DNA from: Chrysomallon squamiferum
Lineage: Eukaryota; Animalia; Mollusca
Direction of reading: 5' to 3'
Assembly: GCA_012295275.1 (NCBI GenBank)
Contig: CM022679.1
Coordinates: 5,642,001-5,706,000 of the forward strand
Length of the DNA: 64,000 bases
Made by a program: the position numbers and the translations under genes. Below the pieces are notes generated by a model. That model was not told the DNA's origin, searched no databases, and saw nothing but the letters and a program-made list of their open reading frames with translations. Below are positions 1 to 19,663 of this stretch, piece after piece (position 1 is the stretch's first letter; every line of letters starts with the position of its first letter).

Positions 1-155
1 TTATGTAACTCTAAAAACTAGACCAGAATATAAAACTTTATTTTATGACTGCTGAACTGTAAAGGCCTTAAGCTTTTTCTTTTTTTCTTTTTTCATTTAT
101 TTATTTATTTATTTATCTATGTATTTGTTTATTTTTTATTATTATTATTTTAATG

Positions 156-203
<48 letters not shown>

Positions 204-389
204 AAATAAAACCATAAAGCAATATAATTTTATTATTATTATTATTACTATCTGTATTTTTCTTTATTTTTTCAAATGCAGTGCACTATTAAATGTACAT
301 TCCAGCTGATTCGTTCATACTTTGCATTAGAAATAAAACCATCAAAGCAATTTAATTTTTATTATATTCTCTCTGCATATCAGTTCCTA

Positions 390-393
<4 letters not shown>

Positions 394-480
<87 letters not shown>
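394..480. repeat. (AG)n microsatellite in 3' UTR/flank of copy A
   Basis: Pure AG run. A paralogous longer run lies at about 12628-12793 and a short remnant at about 25610-25623. Confidence 0.95.
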
Positions 481-482
<2 letters not shown>

Positions 483-522
483 TTTCAAAAATATCAACAT
501 TAAAGCGAGAGAGAGATTTTAA

Positions 523-6636
<6,114 letters not shown>

Positions 6637-7315
6637 CTATAAGCAAGAGATTAACAAAAGACAAAATACATTAAAATCTTCACATGTGAATAAATGAATG
6701 TATAAATGCAGCTTCAGTAACATGTTAGGCTATAACAAAACAAACCACAGCCAATAGGTGTGTGTACCAAAAAAATCTAAATTTATACTGAAACATACAA
6801 CATGCCAAACTACACACACTGTCTGCCATCTCTTAAACGCTGTGGAAAATCTGTGAATACCAAAGTAGCCCTTTGTTACAAAGAAACGTGCCATATCCAT
6901 TTCTTGTTGTCCCAGTACCGAAACAAATTCATCGCCGTTTTGTAGCAAAAATACAATGCCAAAATCGTCAACATCGATGCACTGTTTATATATATTTATC
7001 ATAATCATTATTATATATATATAATAACGATTATGATATATATAATCTGTATTTATACATTCAGTTATTCACATATGAAGATTTTAATCTACATATATAT
7101 ATATAATCATAAATTAGTATCTGCAATTCAAAACTAATTTGGTGGTAAGCTATTTCTCATGAAAGACATGATAGGGATCTAACAACATGGAATATGGCAA
7201 CATTTATATGAAAAGAGAAGAAATCAAAGTAAATATAACAAAACAGAACAAGAACAAATGTATTTCAGAACGCAGAATAAGATAAAAATATGTTAAAACA
7301 CAAAACGGTATTTAC

Positions 7316-7434
7316 CGTGATTAAGTCTTCTGTTTCTGTTCAGTACTGCAGGGCGAATGATTTCAGATTATTTTTATACCTTTCCTGAACATACAAGTGA
7401 TAGTTTTTTTAGAAACGTGCAAAATTCTCATTGG
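7316..7434 (-). promoter_or_regulatory. Putative core promoter and short non-coding exon 1 of chitinase-like copy A
   Basis: On the minus strand: CCAAT (7430-7434), TATAAAAA (7371-7378), then a short segment ending in the donor CACG|GTAAAT (exon end 7316). The coding ATG sits immediately after an acceptor (ttatag|ATG), so an upstream non-coding exon is required. The block recurs at 19549-19663 and 31868-31970. Confidence 0.6.
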
Positions 7435-7825
7435 CTCAGTGTTAAACTACGATTTGAAATTATGTCACGCAGACTGTAAATTTTGCTGACACAGAATATA
7501 TGAGATAAAACGTATATGTGTCATAATTACTGCTTTTGTTGTTGTTGTTGTGTAAAATACAAACTGAGAATATCGCTGACAAGTGAATCGCATAATTAAA
7601 TTATTACAAAGCTCTGTCAGAAGTAATCTGTTGATATTAAGCACAATACAAACAAAGTAAACATCTAACAAATTCTCTAATATTTACGTTTCTTTGAACA
7701 ATATCAATTTAGGCATTATCTCCAGATGAAACAGATTCAGTTTATAATTACTTAGAAATATATATGTCCCCAATCTCAATAGTGTTTCTCTATTCATATC
7801 TAATTGCAATGGCGTATGTAATAAA

Positions 7826-8130
7826 AGAAAAAAAAAAAAAAAAACAAAACAACAACAACAACAACAATAATAATAAAAACAATAATAATAATAATAATAA
7901 TAATAATGGAGATGATGATAATAATAATGATGATGATGGTGATGATGATAATGATGATGATAAAACAATAATAATAAAACAACAATAATAAACTCTAACA
8001 CTAATACTAGGAAAAACAATTGTACTACTAATAATAACACCAACAACAATAAAAATAAGAAGAACAAGAGGGATAACTCTATTGCAACAGCGACAGTAAT
8101 AATAATATAATAACAACTATTATGATAATA
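7826..8130. repeat. Compound low-complexity tract (poly-A, AAC, AAT, GAT)
   Basis: Directly visible. It explains the overlapping low-complexity ORFs. Confidence 0.85.
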
Positions 8131-8369
8131 ATGAGGAAACAGGACAAACAGGAATGCACATGAATTCATACATACACGTAAAAGGGTTGAAATTATAAAC
8201 ATAACATATTCATTACACTTAATTAAGTAATACCTAGTTTCAGCAGTTGAGGAAAGAAATCAGACATAAACTGCAATAAATATATGAAATAAGTTGTGTT
8301 TATTTGTGTGTGTGTTTTTTAAGTTTTTTTATAACATTTGTGTGTGTCATTTACAACAACAACATGAAA

Positions 8370-8765
8370 ATGTACTGTCATTTGTATTTTCGTTTAACAG
8401 TTTTGTTAATTATATTACTTTTGTGTCAGTCAATCCATTACCAAACAAACTGGAAATCTGTTGATTCTAGACCATTACCAGCTTGGTACGACGAGGGAAA
8501 AATCGGAATTTTTCTTCACTGGGGAGTATTTTCTGTTCCCAGTTTCACATCCGAATGATATTGAAAACAATGGATGGACGGGTCGCCGAGTGTTGTAGAG
8601 TTCACGAAGAAAAATTACAGACCCGATTTTTCGTATGCAGACTTTGCATCGATGTTTCCAGCAGAATGTTTCGAACCCAATCAATGGGCCGATATCTTCA
8701 AGGCTTTGGGTGCACAGTTAGTACATTTTTTATGATGCATATGATGGAGAAACTTACAGAAGTTA
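8370..8765 (+). pseudogene. Duplicated alpha-L-fucosidase exon 1 plus start of intron 1, with two in-frame stops
   Basis: Colinear with 34669-35065 (MYCHLYFRL...[15 protein letters not shown]...). Both Trp codons of EWFWK have become TGA (GAA TGA TAT TGA, first stop 8556-8558). The donor GCACA|GTTAGT is kept at 8716/8717. No downstream fucosidase exons follow. Confidence 0.9.
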
Positions 8766-8909
8766 TTTATTTATTTATTGTATTTAATATTTCTATTTAG
8801 CAAACATGTGATGGAAAAAGAAAATGTCAGCCTCCATGCATCTTCACGGTTTGTTTTTCTTTTTTTCTTTGTTAAGTAACTCTGGGTTTTTTCGTTTGTT
8901 TTTTTCCAG

Positions 8910-11900
8910 TTTAACGTTTCACAGAGTTCAAAACCTTTCACACAAAATATGGCAATTTATTCACCTCACTTTCATATTTGATTATCACGATCGCCCCAAT
9001 CTTTTTCCTCCTTTTATCATTTTGAACCATTTGTTCCAAATTATTAGATGGATGCTATCCAAGAGATATACGATATGTGAGAAACCAAATGATTTTAGTA
9101 AGTACTCTTTTATATAACTATGATAGTAAAACTGTAGTCTGTATAAAAAGTACAGAAAATATGTCTGTTGCAATTACTACTCAGATATATATTTGAAATG
9201 TTATTAAGCAGCCAAAGTGTTATTTCTGTACATCAGATATTATTTTGATTTCAATATTACAGATATGTATAATGTAACAGATATATTACTGCTATATTAT
9301 TAATGATAAAACACTGCTAATAATAAATATAACAAATATGCAGAGATCTATCTTTTTTTTCATATGTTCATGACACAGTGAAACAGTATTGTGTTAAACT
9401 ACTTCTTCTTTTTTTTTTTTTTTTTTTTTTTTTTTGTAGATGAGGATGAAGACAATGAAGGACTGAGTGAATTTGAGAAAATAGCTACAAATTATTATCT
9501 TTCTTGTTATACTCTACTTGAAAGACAGAAATTTGATATGTCAGACAGAAAAATAGAAGAATGGTAATTTTAATATTTAGTAGAATTTTGGTGGGTTTTT
9601 GAAAATATTGTTCAGTGCACTGAGGCATAGATTCAGTTGATTCCTTCCATCAAAAATCTTGATGTCTGTGTGTGTTCTGCAATCACTGTATGTAATGGCA
9701 TGTTATTATAACTTGATACATTTATAAAACATCAGGTACAGACAGAAATAAAGCCTTTTTTGAGAGAAGTGTATTTACTTAGATAAATTATTTGTTATTT
9801 ATTTATGTATAATGTTCATAGTTACATCTTTAGTATATAATTGTTGGTTTGAATCCTAAAACACTATTATGAACACATTTTTCATTTAAAAAATAACAAA
9901 TTCCCATTTCAGTTAGTCTTACATGACTGATATTTCAGAAATCTGTGGTGTATACTACCTTACCAGTGTAATATTGTTTTCAAATATTGTCATATTTTTC
10001 ATATTAAAAATATGTTGAAGTACATTTCGAATAAAACTGCATTTCTTTCGCAGTGCCTGGACAAACTTTCACAAACGTTTTATGTTCCTTTTCTTTTTAG
10101 TTTCCCCTCAGTCTTGTCAAAATAATATAAAACTGTGTGTCTGTGTGTGTGTTTCTATTTGTTTGTATTGCATTTAAAACTGAGTATCAGGTGACACAGT
10201 GTGGGTGTCTGCATGTTCATATTTATTTTTGTTTTGCTTTTAGTTCAGTAGGAACATAGAGTGTATAGGGATCTGCGTGTGATGAACATAGAGTGCATAG
10301 GAATATGCGTGTGTTTCAACAAATTTCTGTTCCATTTTCAGATCAGTATCAGATGAGACAGTTGACGACTTGTCAGAACCGTCTAATGACATCAATCAGA
10401 TTAAAAACATTCTCCAGATGTATATTAATGAGAGACAGCAAACACAAATATGGCATGAGAAAGAAGATAAAGATGCTTAACCCTTTTTGCAAAGTGTACT
10501 AATGATGTATGAAAACAGTTTTTATCACAAGGTTTCTCAGTGATGTCTTAAATAAATGAGAATTTTTAAGTGTACCCCTGACTGCGTCTTCAAGTGACTG
10601 TTTATTCTATTCTTTGTGTTCAGTCTTTGCTAATGATTACATACAACAATACAGTTACATGTTTACAAGACTGCAAACAGCCTGACAGAAACCGTATCTT
10701 TATGTTAATTAGTGAACAGAAATAAAAAATATATTTCAGTGAAGCTAAATCCTCAGTTTAACACGGATTTTTCTATATTCTCTGCACCAAATAATAAAAT
10801 CTAATTAAAAATTTCGTTTTCCTTCATCACATTTAATTTTATTGAAATTCTTTATTAGAAATAAAGATTTGTACCTGAACACAAGACTGTAAATCTTTAG
10901 TGTACAAAATATATTTAAATAATTTTGTTGCTTTGCTTAATTATAAGAAATGATTTGAGACAAAAATAAAATAATCAATCACTTGAATGTATTCAGAATT
11001 TTTAACAAATCGTTTCTATCTATACAATTCAGTATTTTTATTGAGTCCGTTATTGTTTATGGCATGCAGATCTTTCCTGCTTTTCTGATATTTTTTTTTA
11101 CTTAACTATTTAAATATTATTATCACTGAAATGTTTATATATGTTAGTTATTAATTTATATTTCATTTGATATTTCAAAATGCCTACTTGCTAATATTTG
11201 TTTTGTTCTTTTGTTTTGCTTTTTTGATCCTAGATATTTGTTGTTCTTTATTTAATACAGTTCGGAACAATTTTATCGAAACTTTCTTTTAGAATGTCAT
11301 TCATTTTTAGAACAATTTCTCATTTGAATATTTTTTTTAGTGTTTTGTAAATGTATATTATTTTTTAAATTGTAGTTTAAATTATTTTGAAACCATAGTG
11401 CTTCTGATTATAACAGTATTTGATCTTTTACTTTGTTTCATTTAGAAATAGATAACCTTCTACATTTTCTATGCCATTCCTGTTTCTTTGGCCTCTTCAG
11501 AAAACGTTTGTTTCTAAAATATTTAGAAAATGAAAAGAAGAAAAAAAAAGCAGTATTTCAAAGGTTGGTGCCACATATTTTCAGCAACTCTCAAGAAGAA
11601 GCTGTATGGCACAAAAAGTGATGTACAGAGAATTCCCTATTGTTCATAGCCACTGCTGGCCTTGATGTATAGTCTACAACTAAAAAATAATCCAAATACA
11701 AGATTTCAATACAAATGAAATTTTAAGAGTTATGTTACAAGATTCCTACTAAAGAAAATGTTAAACTTTTTTAATGAGCTGGTAACAATTAATAATTTTA
11801 TCTAGTTACCAATGTTATTTTAACTTTTTTACCAACATTGTAATAAAACTAAAAATATTTTAGATTTTTTAAATTTTATTTATTGTTAGAAAAATCATAA
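8910..11900 (+). pseudogene. Orphan 3' fragment of a diverged TRPM paralog (TRP-domain exon, coiled-coil exon, terminal exon, 3' UTR/flank)
   Basis: Exon 8910-9097 (LTFHRVQNLSHKIWQF..DYHDRPNLFPPFIILNHLF) matches 50366-50179. Exon 9440-9563 (DNEGLSEFEKIATNYYLS..LLERQK) matches 49325-49193. Segment 10342-10480 (SVSDETVDDLSE..INERQQT..) matches 47841-47649. Non-coding 10590-10790 matches the reverse complement of about 47330-47530, with patchy matches out to about 11900 vs 46150. Confidence 0.85.
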
Positions 11901-11984
11901 ATCATTGTTCTAAACTGAACTGCAAGGAAATTGCATTCCGTTCTAACAGGTAATCTGTTTAAATAAAAGTAAAGAACAATGCAC

Positions 11985-12600
11985 CAAATCCAGTCTGTAA
12001 ATAAAAACAACAAGTACTAGTACAACAACAAACATTTGTTAGAAAAAAACCAGATTCATCCAATCTTATGGTTTAGGGGAGACGACTCTAAACTATCAAA
12101 CGTTTATCATAATGAATTATTTTCCGTACTCGATAAACTAAATGGAAAACCACACCCCAGCATGAACAAAATATATTTGGTAGAACTGATAAGAAAAAAT
12201 TACGATTTTGTATTTCAATACAATTTCCGGGTACTTTTAAACATTTGAATCTATGCAGAAACTGTAATCGAATTCTTTCATTTATGCAACAAAAACACAG
12301 AATACCTAATAGGGTCAAACAATATATTATATATCAAAATGAAGATAAACTGAACCGCAAAAATTCCAGTCTGTTAATAAAAACAAAGAAGTAATTAATT
12401 TTCAACAAAATTTGTTAAAACAACCCAGATTCATCCAATCTTAAATAAAAAAAGATAAAATCTAAAACTATCAAACAGTTTATCATTTTATGAATTTATT
12501 TATTTTCCGTACTGATAAACTTTATGAATAACGACACCCCAGCATTAAAAAAAATCTTTCGGTAAACTGATAAGAAAAAGCATTTTACGTACGATTTTTA
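11985..12600. repeat. Imperfect direct repeat of about 230 bp (about 11985-12215 and 12360-12600)
   Basis: Shared ordered strings: ccagtctgt, cagattcatccaatctta, aaactatcaaac, ttttccgtact, cccagcat, aactgataagaaaaa, acgatttt. Confidence 0.75.
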
Positions 12601-12625
12601 TCATATTCTCCCTGCATATCTGTTT

Positions 12626-12796
<171 letters not shown>

Positions 12797-12910
12797 TAAT
12801 ACTTTTAAAATGTATAATTACTAGCTGTCAAATGAGATAACTAATACAGATTAGAGGGAAAAAAATTTTTATTTATTTAATTATTTTTATCTTTCTTATA
12901 TTTCAAAATA

Positions 12911-15024
12911 TCAACATTTCACATTGTATTTATAGTCACACTTTTTAATGACCGGATTAAATACCAAATTCGGAGAACAATTCATCAAAACTGCTCTTCC
13001 CTGATCACATTTGAAGTACGTAGAACAGTCATCGGGATTACGAATACTACCTATCACAATAGTAAGTCAATTAGTAAGTGTGTAGGAAAATATGAAAGAA
13101 GGTAAAAAATTGCATACGTAATTAAATAAATAAGAATGACAGAAAGAAAGGAAATAGAAATTCAATAAGTAATTTATCAGTAAGTAATAAAAAATAAGAA
13201 AGAATGTAAGTGAATAAACGAAAACTTAAATAAACAGAAAGAAAGAAAAAAGAAAATAAGTAAGTAATTGATTAGTAAAAAAGAAAAGATAAAAAAGAAT
13301 GTAAATGAATAAATGAGAATCAATTAAAAAAGAAGTAATAATTTTAAAAAATGGTAAGAAAGTTATTAAGTAAGCAGATAAGTAAGTTAGAAAATACGTA
13401 AGTCAGTAAGTAAATAGATAAGTAAGAAAGAAAGCAGCCAAGTAGGAAACATTGCACACATACATACATACAAACATACACACGTTCATACCTACATGCG
13501 TGTGTCTTATTTCTAAAAGTTTTGTGGGAGAATGGCTAGAACTGGAAATCAGTATAAAAGTGTTGTTGTCAGATAATAACCTACCTGTCTTTGTAGGGTT
13601 CACATAGCCGGAAGAATGTGAAGGAATTGGTAACAGCTTCTTTCTGAAACAGTCATATATATTATGTACAGTATTTTTCCTTTTTTATAAAACATATATT
13701 TATTTTCAAATTCAAAATTCGGTATGATAATACAACCACAATAACAAAACAAAAGAATTAAAAACATCAAAAATTAATAAATTATTTTAAAAACCATCAC
13801 ATTTTCCTAATATTTTATATACAAAAAATTATTTTTAAAAATTTCCATTCAAAAAACAAATATTTACTGACTGCCTAAAACATCACAAGAAAAAATGGTC
13901 TGCATTTATTACAAAACATTTGTATCACAACATAAATGTCATTTTATTTTTATTTAAAACATTACATAAATATTTTATATACACAACTATAAAATATTTT
14001 ATGTACACGACAGCCCAAATATTTTTCAAAAACCATCACATAAATATTTTATGTACACAACAACACAAATATTTTACCAACACCACAACCACATTTGTAA
14101 ACAATGAAACATAAACTAACTCGTTCGGTTCTTCGCATTTGACGACAGATATCAGCCGCTTATAGACGGCCTGCAATATGGGATATCGGCCTTGTCCACA
14201 AAATTCACCAGTAAAATCATCTTGATCCGCAGTCCAGTAAGAAACTCCACCAAATCCATTGTCTTTAACATAACAAGCCTAAAATAGTTTGGTAAACTCG
14301 TTATCATGTGTGTGTTTTGATTGAGATGGTGGACTATGTACTCGTTATCATGGGTGTGCTAAGATGTGTGATGCCCCATTTACTAATTATCATGTGTATG
14401 TTTTGATGTGAGACGATGGACTATGTCTCTTCCATTCTTTGAAGAAATCATTTTCCTTACGGAATAGCTAACTTCCTCCTGTTTCCCTACAAATGTGGAG
14501 ATATACGAGTGTGTATAAAAATAAAACTAGAGTAACAGTTTAAAAAAAAAAAAAAACTAATATTTTTTTAATATAAAACCAAAAGGCAAATTTAATTTGT
14601 GTTTTTAGGGATGTAATGAATACAGTTAAAATTGTTTGCACGAAAACAAACTAACTGATGAACAAATAAAAAAAAAAAAATGAATATTAAATGAATATTA
14701 AGCAAAAAAAAAATAAATAAATAAATAAATAAATAAATAAACAAACAAACAAATAATATTAAATAAAAATATATCTGATGATTACACTAGAAACCTGCCT
14801 TGTATCCAGCGCTTTCAACGTCCTCACATCCAGCCCACCAGTTTCCTTTAACATAATAGGAAACCTTTTGATCTGGTATGTATCTTTTCTCCGCTCCATT
14901 GGCTACCATAGTACATAGCTATTACACAAGATAAGAGAAACAAAACACACATTTACACTAGAATAAGTTAAATAAAGGAATCAATCAATGAACTATGTAT
15001 AAACAAGTAACACATATTCTGCCA

Positions 15025-15108
<84 letters not shown>

Positions 15109-18100
15109 CATTTTTTTCTTTCTCTATTTGTCTCTTCATCGTATCTTTTTCATACTTTCTGTCTCTGCACCTCCTTCCTTTAATTTATCCCATTAGCTGT
15201 CCATGTATTAATTTGTCTCTCTCTTCCAATTTAACCTTTTTATTGTCTGTCTGACTACATACATTACCGTCCATGTGCAGATAATTATGTATTAATTTGT
15301 AAATATGGTGAATGAGTGTGTGAATGTGTCTATGTTTGTGTGTATTTAATCACCTCATAATAAGATATAGCTCCATCTGATTGACTAAACGGGGCTTTCG
15401 GTCCCTCAACTCCGGGTGCACCTAGTCCATTTTGATTCGATGTAAGAGTGAAAGTTGTTCCATGTGTTGGTATAGTAACAAGAAGCTTTCCTTTAGGGCA
15501 ATATTGTGCCCAATATTTCATTACATAATCCTACAGTAATCATATGTAATAATCACAAATAAATTAGGTAATATACATATGGTATCATACACCAGTAACA
15601 TACAAACAGTTAACAACAACAACATTATATTACATGTATTATTTATTATATTTTATATAATACTAACAATTACAACTACAACTGTTATCCCTACTACTAC
15701 AACTTGTTCTACCACTACTTTTACTACTACTACCAATATTAGTGCTCTTATTATTGCTAGTACTAGCACTTCTACTGCTACCATATTAGTGTTATTATTA
15801 CTACTACAGCTTTTAATGAAATAATAATATTAGTATTAATTGAAGTCATTGCTGTAGTGGTGGTAGTTAAGGTAGTGGTGGTGGTAGTGATGCTGGGGGT
15901 AAGATTAGAAATAAAAGTCCAAAAAATATTTGTTTTGTTTTCCAAAAAAACTAAAATTGATGTTTGTCTTTTTTTTTTGGTTTTCTTTTATTTATTTTGT
16001 TATGTACAATTCTTGGTTTTTTTTTTTGTTTTCTTTTGTGACAATATTACTAATACGGTTTACGTACTGTTGTTAACCATTTGTCCGACCCCGAAGCACC
16101 TTTCGACGCATACAGTGGACTGCTATGCCCAGTGTGACCATCCCATCCTCCATGAAAATTGTAGGTCTTGACATTGACATAATCGGCAAATCTGAAATGA
16201 TAGTTTAAGACAGCAGAACAAGAAATACAAAACAAGAGGGTTCACACCATGGCAAGAACATACCAGTGATCTAAGCAAATAACTTCAGTCTATCGCTGTG
16301 GAACAGCCTGCCCCAGTGATGCTACACAGGATTTATTTACTTATTTATTTCTTTATTTCTTTAATTATTTATTTACTTATTCAATCATTCATTTATTTAT
16401 TTATTTTGTTGCTGTTGTTTTTGTATTTTGTGTAAGAAACTATTTGATCTAGCAAACCTCCCAAATTTAGAATGTTGATTTTGTTAAAGCATTTAACAGT
16501 AAGACAACAATAACAATAATAGTAATAACAAAAAATTAATAATAATAATAACAACAACAACAACATTAACAACAGCAACAACAACAATAGCAATAACCAT
16601 GATAATGCTAATAATACTAATAACATAACTTATTAATACTTAAACAGTTGAAAACAGATTTATAACTGCACGGGTAATCGCTAATACTTGTCTGAATAAG
16701 CGGATTAGTTCTCAGTACAGTTAGCCTTTGAGTGGTTGTCAGTACAAACCTGCACAGTTTGTCCATTTCATAACCTCTCTCTATTTTATCAGTCTCAGCT
16801 GCTACAGATAATGTCAGCATAAGTCTTGGCTTTCCAGTGTTTCTAGACTCTGTGTCAAAAGCCTTCCTTAGCTCCTAAAAATTCAACAAACGAACATGTT
16901 GTAATTTCACCGCTGTTATTCGACCCTTTAAACATTTACTGCGTTCCTGGAGTAATAAATTATGTTTTATGTTATTTGTACTTACCTGTACAAGGGTGGT
17001 GAATCTAGTTTTGTCTGATAAAGGACTTCCTGTGCTGCCTGGGTAATGCCAGTCCAAATCAAGACCTTGAAAACCACGTTTTCGTAAGAACGCTGCTGTG
17101 TTTGTCGCAAAATATTGTATTCTTTCTAAGTTGGCGACAAGCTTAGTAAACATTTTAGTGTCTTTGTTCGATCCGTACACAGAGAGAAGTGTTTTCACGT
17201 CAGGGTACATTTTAACAGCGCCATTAAACTGTTGGTACCTTTAATAATAAAACTAGAAATAAGGAAAAGAAGAAGAAAGAAAGAATGAATAAAGGAATGG
17301 TGATAATGCTTCTATCACAACAACACCTCATAATTAGTTATACTACTAATAATAATTACTGTGACATCTTTCACGTAATAATACTACAAACACTGCAACT
17401 ACTAATAGTAGCAGTTTTGATGATGATGATGATGACGGTACCACAACTATATATACTGACGTATGGATGTAAGTATTAATTACAACTGACGTACTGATAT
17501 TAGTACTACTTGTAACTGACGATTTATATAACTAATGTTTGTAACTGACGTGTTGTTAAAATCCTATATGTAGCCGAAGATTAATATAAAGGTTTGTAAC
17601 TGACATACTGATATAAGTATGTAACTGACGTATTGATATACGTACTGTCTGTACCTGATGTACTGATATAAGTACTGTTGGTAACTGACGTGTGGTTAAA
17701 ATACTATATGTAGCCAAAGATTAATACAAATGTTTGTAACTGACACACTGATGCAAATATGTAACTGAAGTATTGACATAAGTACTGTCTGTATCTGATG
17801 TACTGATATAAGCACTATGTGTAATTCACGTATTGATGAAAGTAATGTTTGTAACTAAATATAACTATTCGTCTTACATTCCTTCTCCAGTATTCAAATC
17901 CTCATTCCCTACGGCTGCTGCCACAACAACTAGAAGAACACAGTATAACATATTTATCAGTACATTACAAGAACAAATGCACTCAGATACAAATTAATTT
18001 TACTGCTGTTACACAAATAGATACGCACACATATATATCATATATACATGCAAGCATACATATATATCATATATACATGCAAGCATACATACATAAACAT

Positions 18101-18606
18101 ATACATACATTCGAAAATGCATACACAACACATTTCCTATGTAATATGGGACTTTAAATCAACTCGGATCCCTAGAGAAAACATAAGAAAATGAATATTC
18201 TTTATCAAATAAAAGTGTTAAATACATATAGACGAACATACCAACATATATACATATATACATACATACACACATGCTTGCATAAAAATACAAATATACA
18301 CACACGTCATATGCAATGTTTCTGAGTAGATCATTATGTAGATGTTTACATCAACATCATCATCAGTATGTCTTTCTTTTACAAACGAACCTTTATTGTT
18401 AGCACTGTTTATGAGCTTAGCATACCAGTAAACCAAATGTGTACATAGCGAGACATCTATATCTTTTAGTACAAATTTTCCTTTCCCAGGTCTGTTTGGA
18501 GCCCAGTTACTAAAGTAGCAAACTCTCAAGAAATTGTCACCTAGTTATACAAGGAAATTAGAATTATCCCGACGTGGATCATCAATTTGATGTGTCCTAC
18601 ATTTCT

Positions 18607-18695
<89 letters not shown>

Positions 18696-18813
18696 CAGTT
18701 TAAGTTTGATTCTTTATCATCATAATAATCATCGTTATTATTTTTAGTAGTATTATTAGTATTATTATTAGTAGTAGTAGTAGTAGTAATAGTAGTAGTA
18801 GTACCAGTAGTAA

Positions 18814-18883
<70 letters not shown>

Positions 18884-18997
18884 TGTTGTTGTTGTAGTAG
18901 TAGTATTAGTAGTAGTATTTCGAATCGTACCGTAACTTGGAACCGACAAGAATATTATCGTCAGAAACATTAGAACAGAAATTGTTAGAGCAGTCAT
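12911..18997 (-). CDS. GH18 chitinase-like protein, copy B (signal peptide + GH18 + linker + 5-Cys CBM14), 474 aa, catalytic Glu replaced by His
   Basis: Exons 18997-18931, 18540-18391, 17929-17878, 17238-16986, 16874-16750, 16191-16068, 15530-15354, 14918-14799 (GC donor), 14278-14121, 13643-13585, 13050-12911. Each exon has the same length as in copy A and I saw no stops. Motifs: RVCYFSNW, LLSVYGS, FQGLDLDWHYPG, KTYNFHGGW. Confidence 0.9.
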
Positions 18998-19548
18998 CTA
19001 TAAGCAAGAGATTAACAAAAGACAAAATACATTAAAATCAACACATGTGAATAAATGAATGTATAAATACAGCTTCAGTAACATGTTAGGCGATAACAAA
19101 ACAAACCACAGCCAATAGATGTGTGTACAAAAAACATATAGATTTATAGCTTTGTTACATAAAACAATGCCAAATCCATTTCTTGTTGTCCCATCTTTAA
19201 ACAAATTCATCGAAAATCTTTTGTATATAATACATTCAGTTATTCAATATATGAAGATTTTAAACGTCCGCCGATATATATATATATATATATAGACCTA
19301 TATATATATATATATATTTATATATATAATATATAAATTAAATTAAAATCTGCAATTTAAAAAACAAAATAACGTGGGAACCTGTTTCTCAATAAAGACA
19401 TGATAGGGATCTAACAACATGGAATATGGAAAACATTTATATGAAAAGAGAAGAAATGAAAGTAAATATAAAAAAACAGAACAAGATCAAATGTATTTCA
19501 CAGCGCAGAATAAGATAAAAATATATTAAAACACAAAACGGTATTTAC

Positions 19549-19663
19549 CGTGATTAAGTCTTCTGTTTCTGTTCAGAACTGCGGGCGAATGATTTCAGAT
19601 TACTTTTAAACGATTCCTGAACATACAAGTGATAGCTTTAGAAACGTGGAAAACTCTCATTGG
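19549..19663 (-). promoter_or_regulatory. Putative promoter and non-coding exon 1 of copy B
   Basis: Paralog of 7316-7434. CCAAT at 19659-19663 is retained, the TATA position reads TTTAAAAG (about 19603-19610), and the exon ends at 19549 before a GTAAAT donor. Confidence 0.5.

Noticed and set aside
276-503. ORF with a poly-RE tract, and similar poly-SL, poly-L, poly-T and poly-N ORFs (e.g. 6465-6674, 7684-8202, 25066-25330, 30998-31195)
   Set aside because: Translations of microsatellites and low-complexity tracts, with no domain content or splice support.
8556-8564. Two in-frame TGA at Trp positions suggesting UGA recoding (Trp or Sec)
   Set aside because: The intact paralog uses TGG, TGA is a real stop in the chitinase genes, and the copy lacks all other exons. 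Ordinary G-to-A pseudogene mutations explain it.
8475-8800. Alternative-frame and antisense ORFs over the fucosidase exon copy (also 34774-34983, 36759-37088, 52868-53176)
   Set aside because: Shadows of real exons on other frames or the opposite strand.
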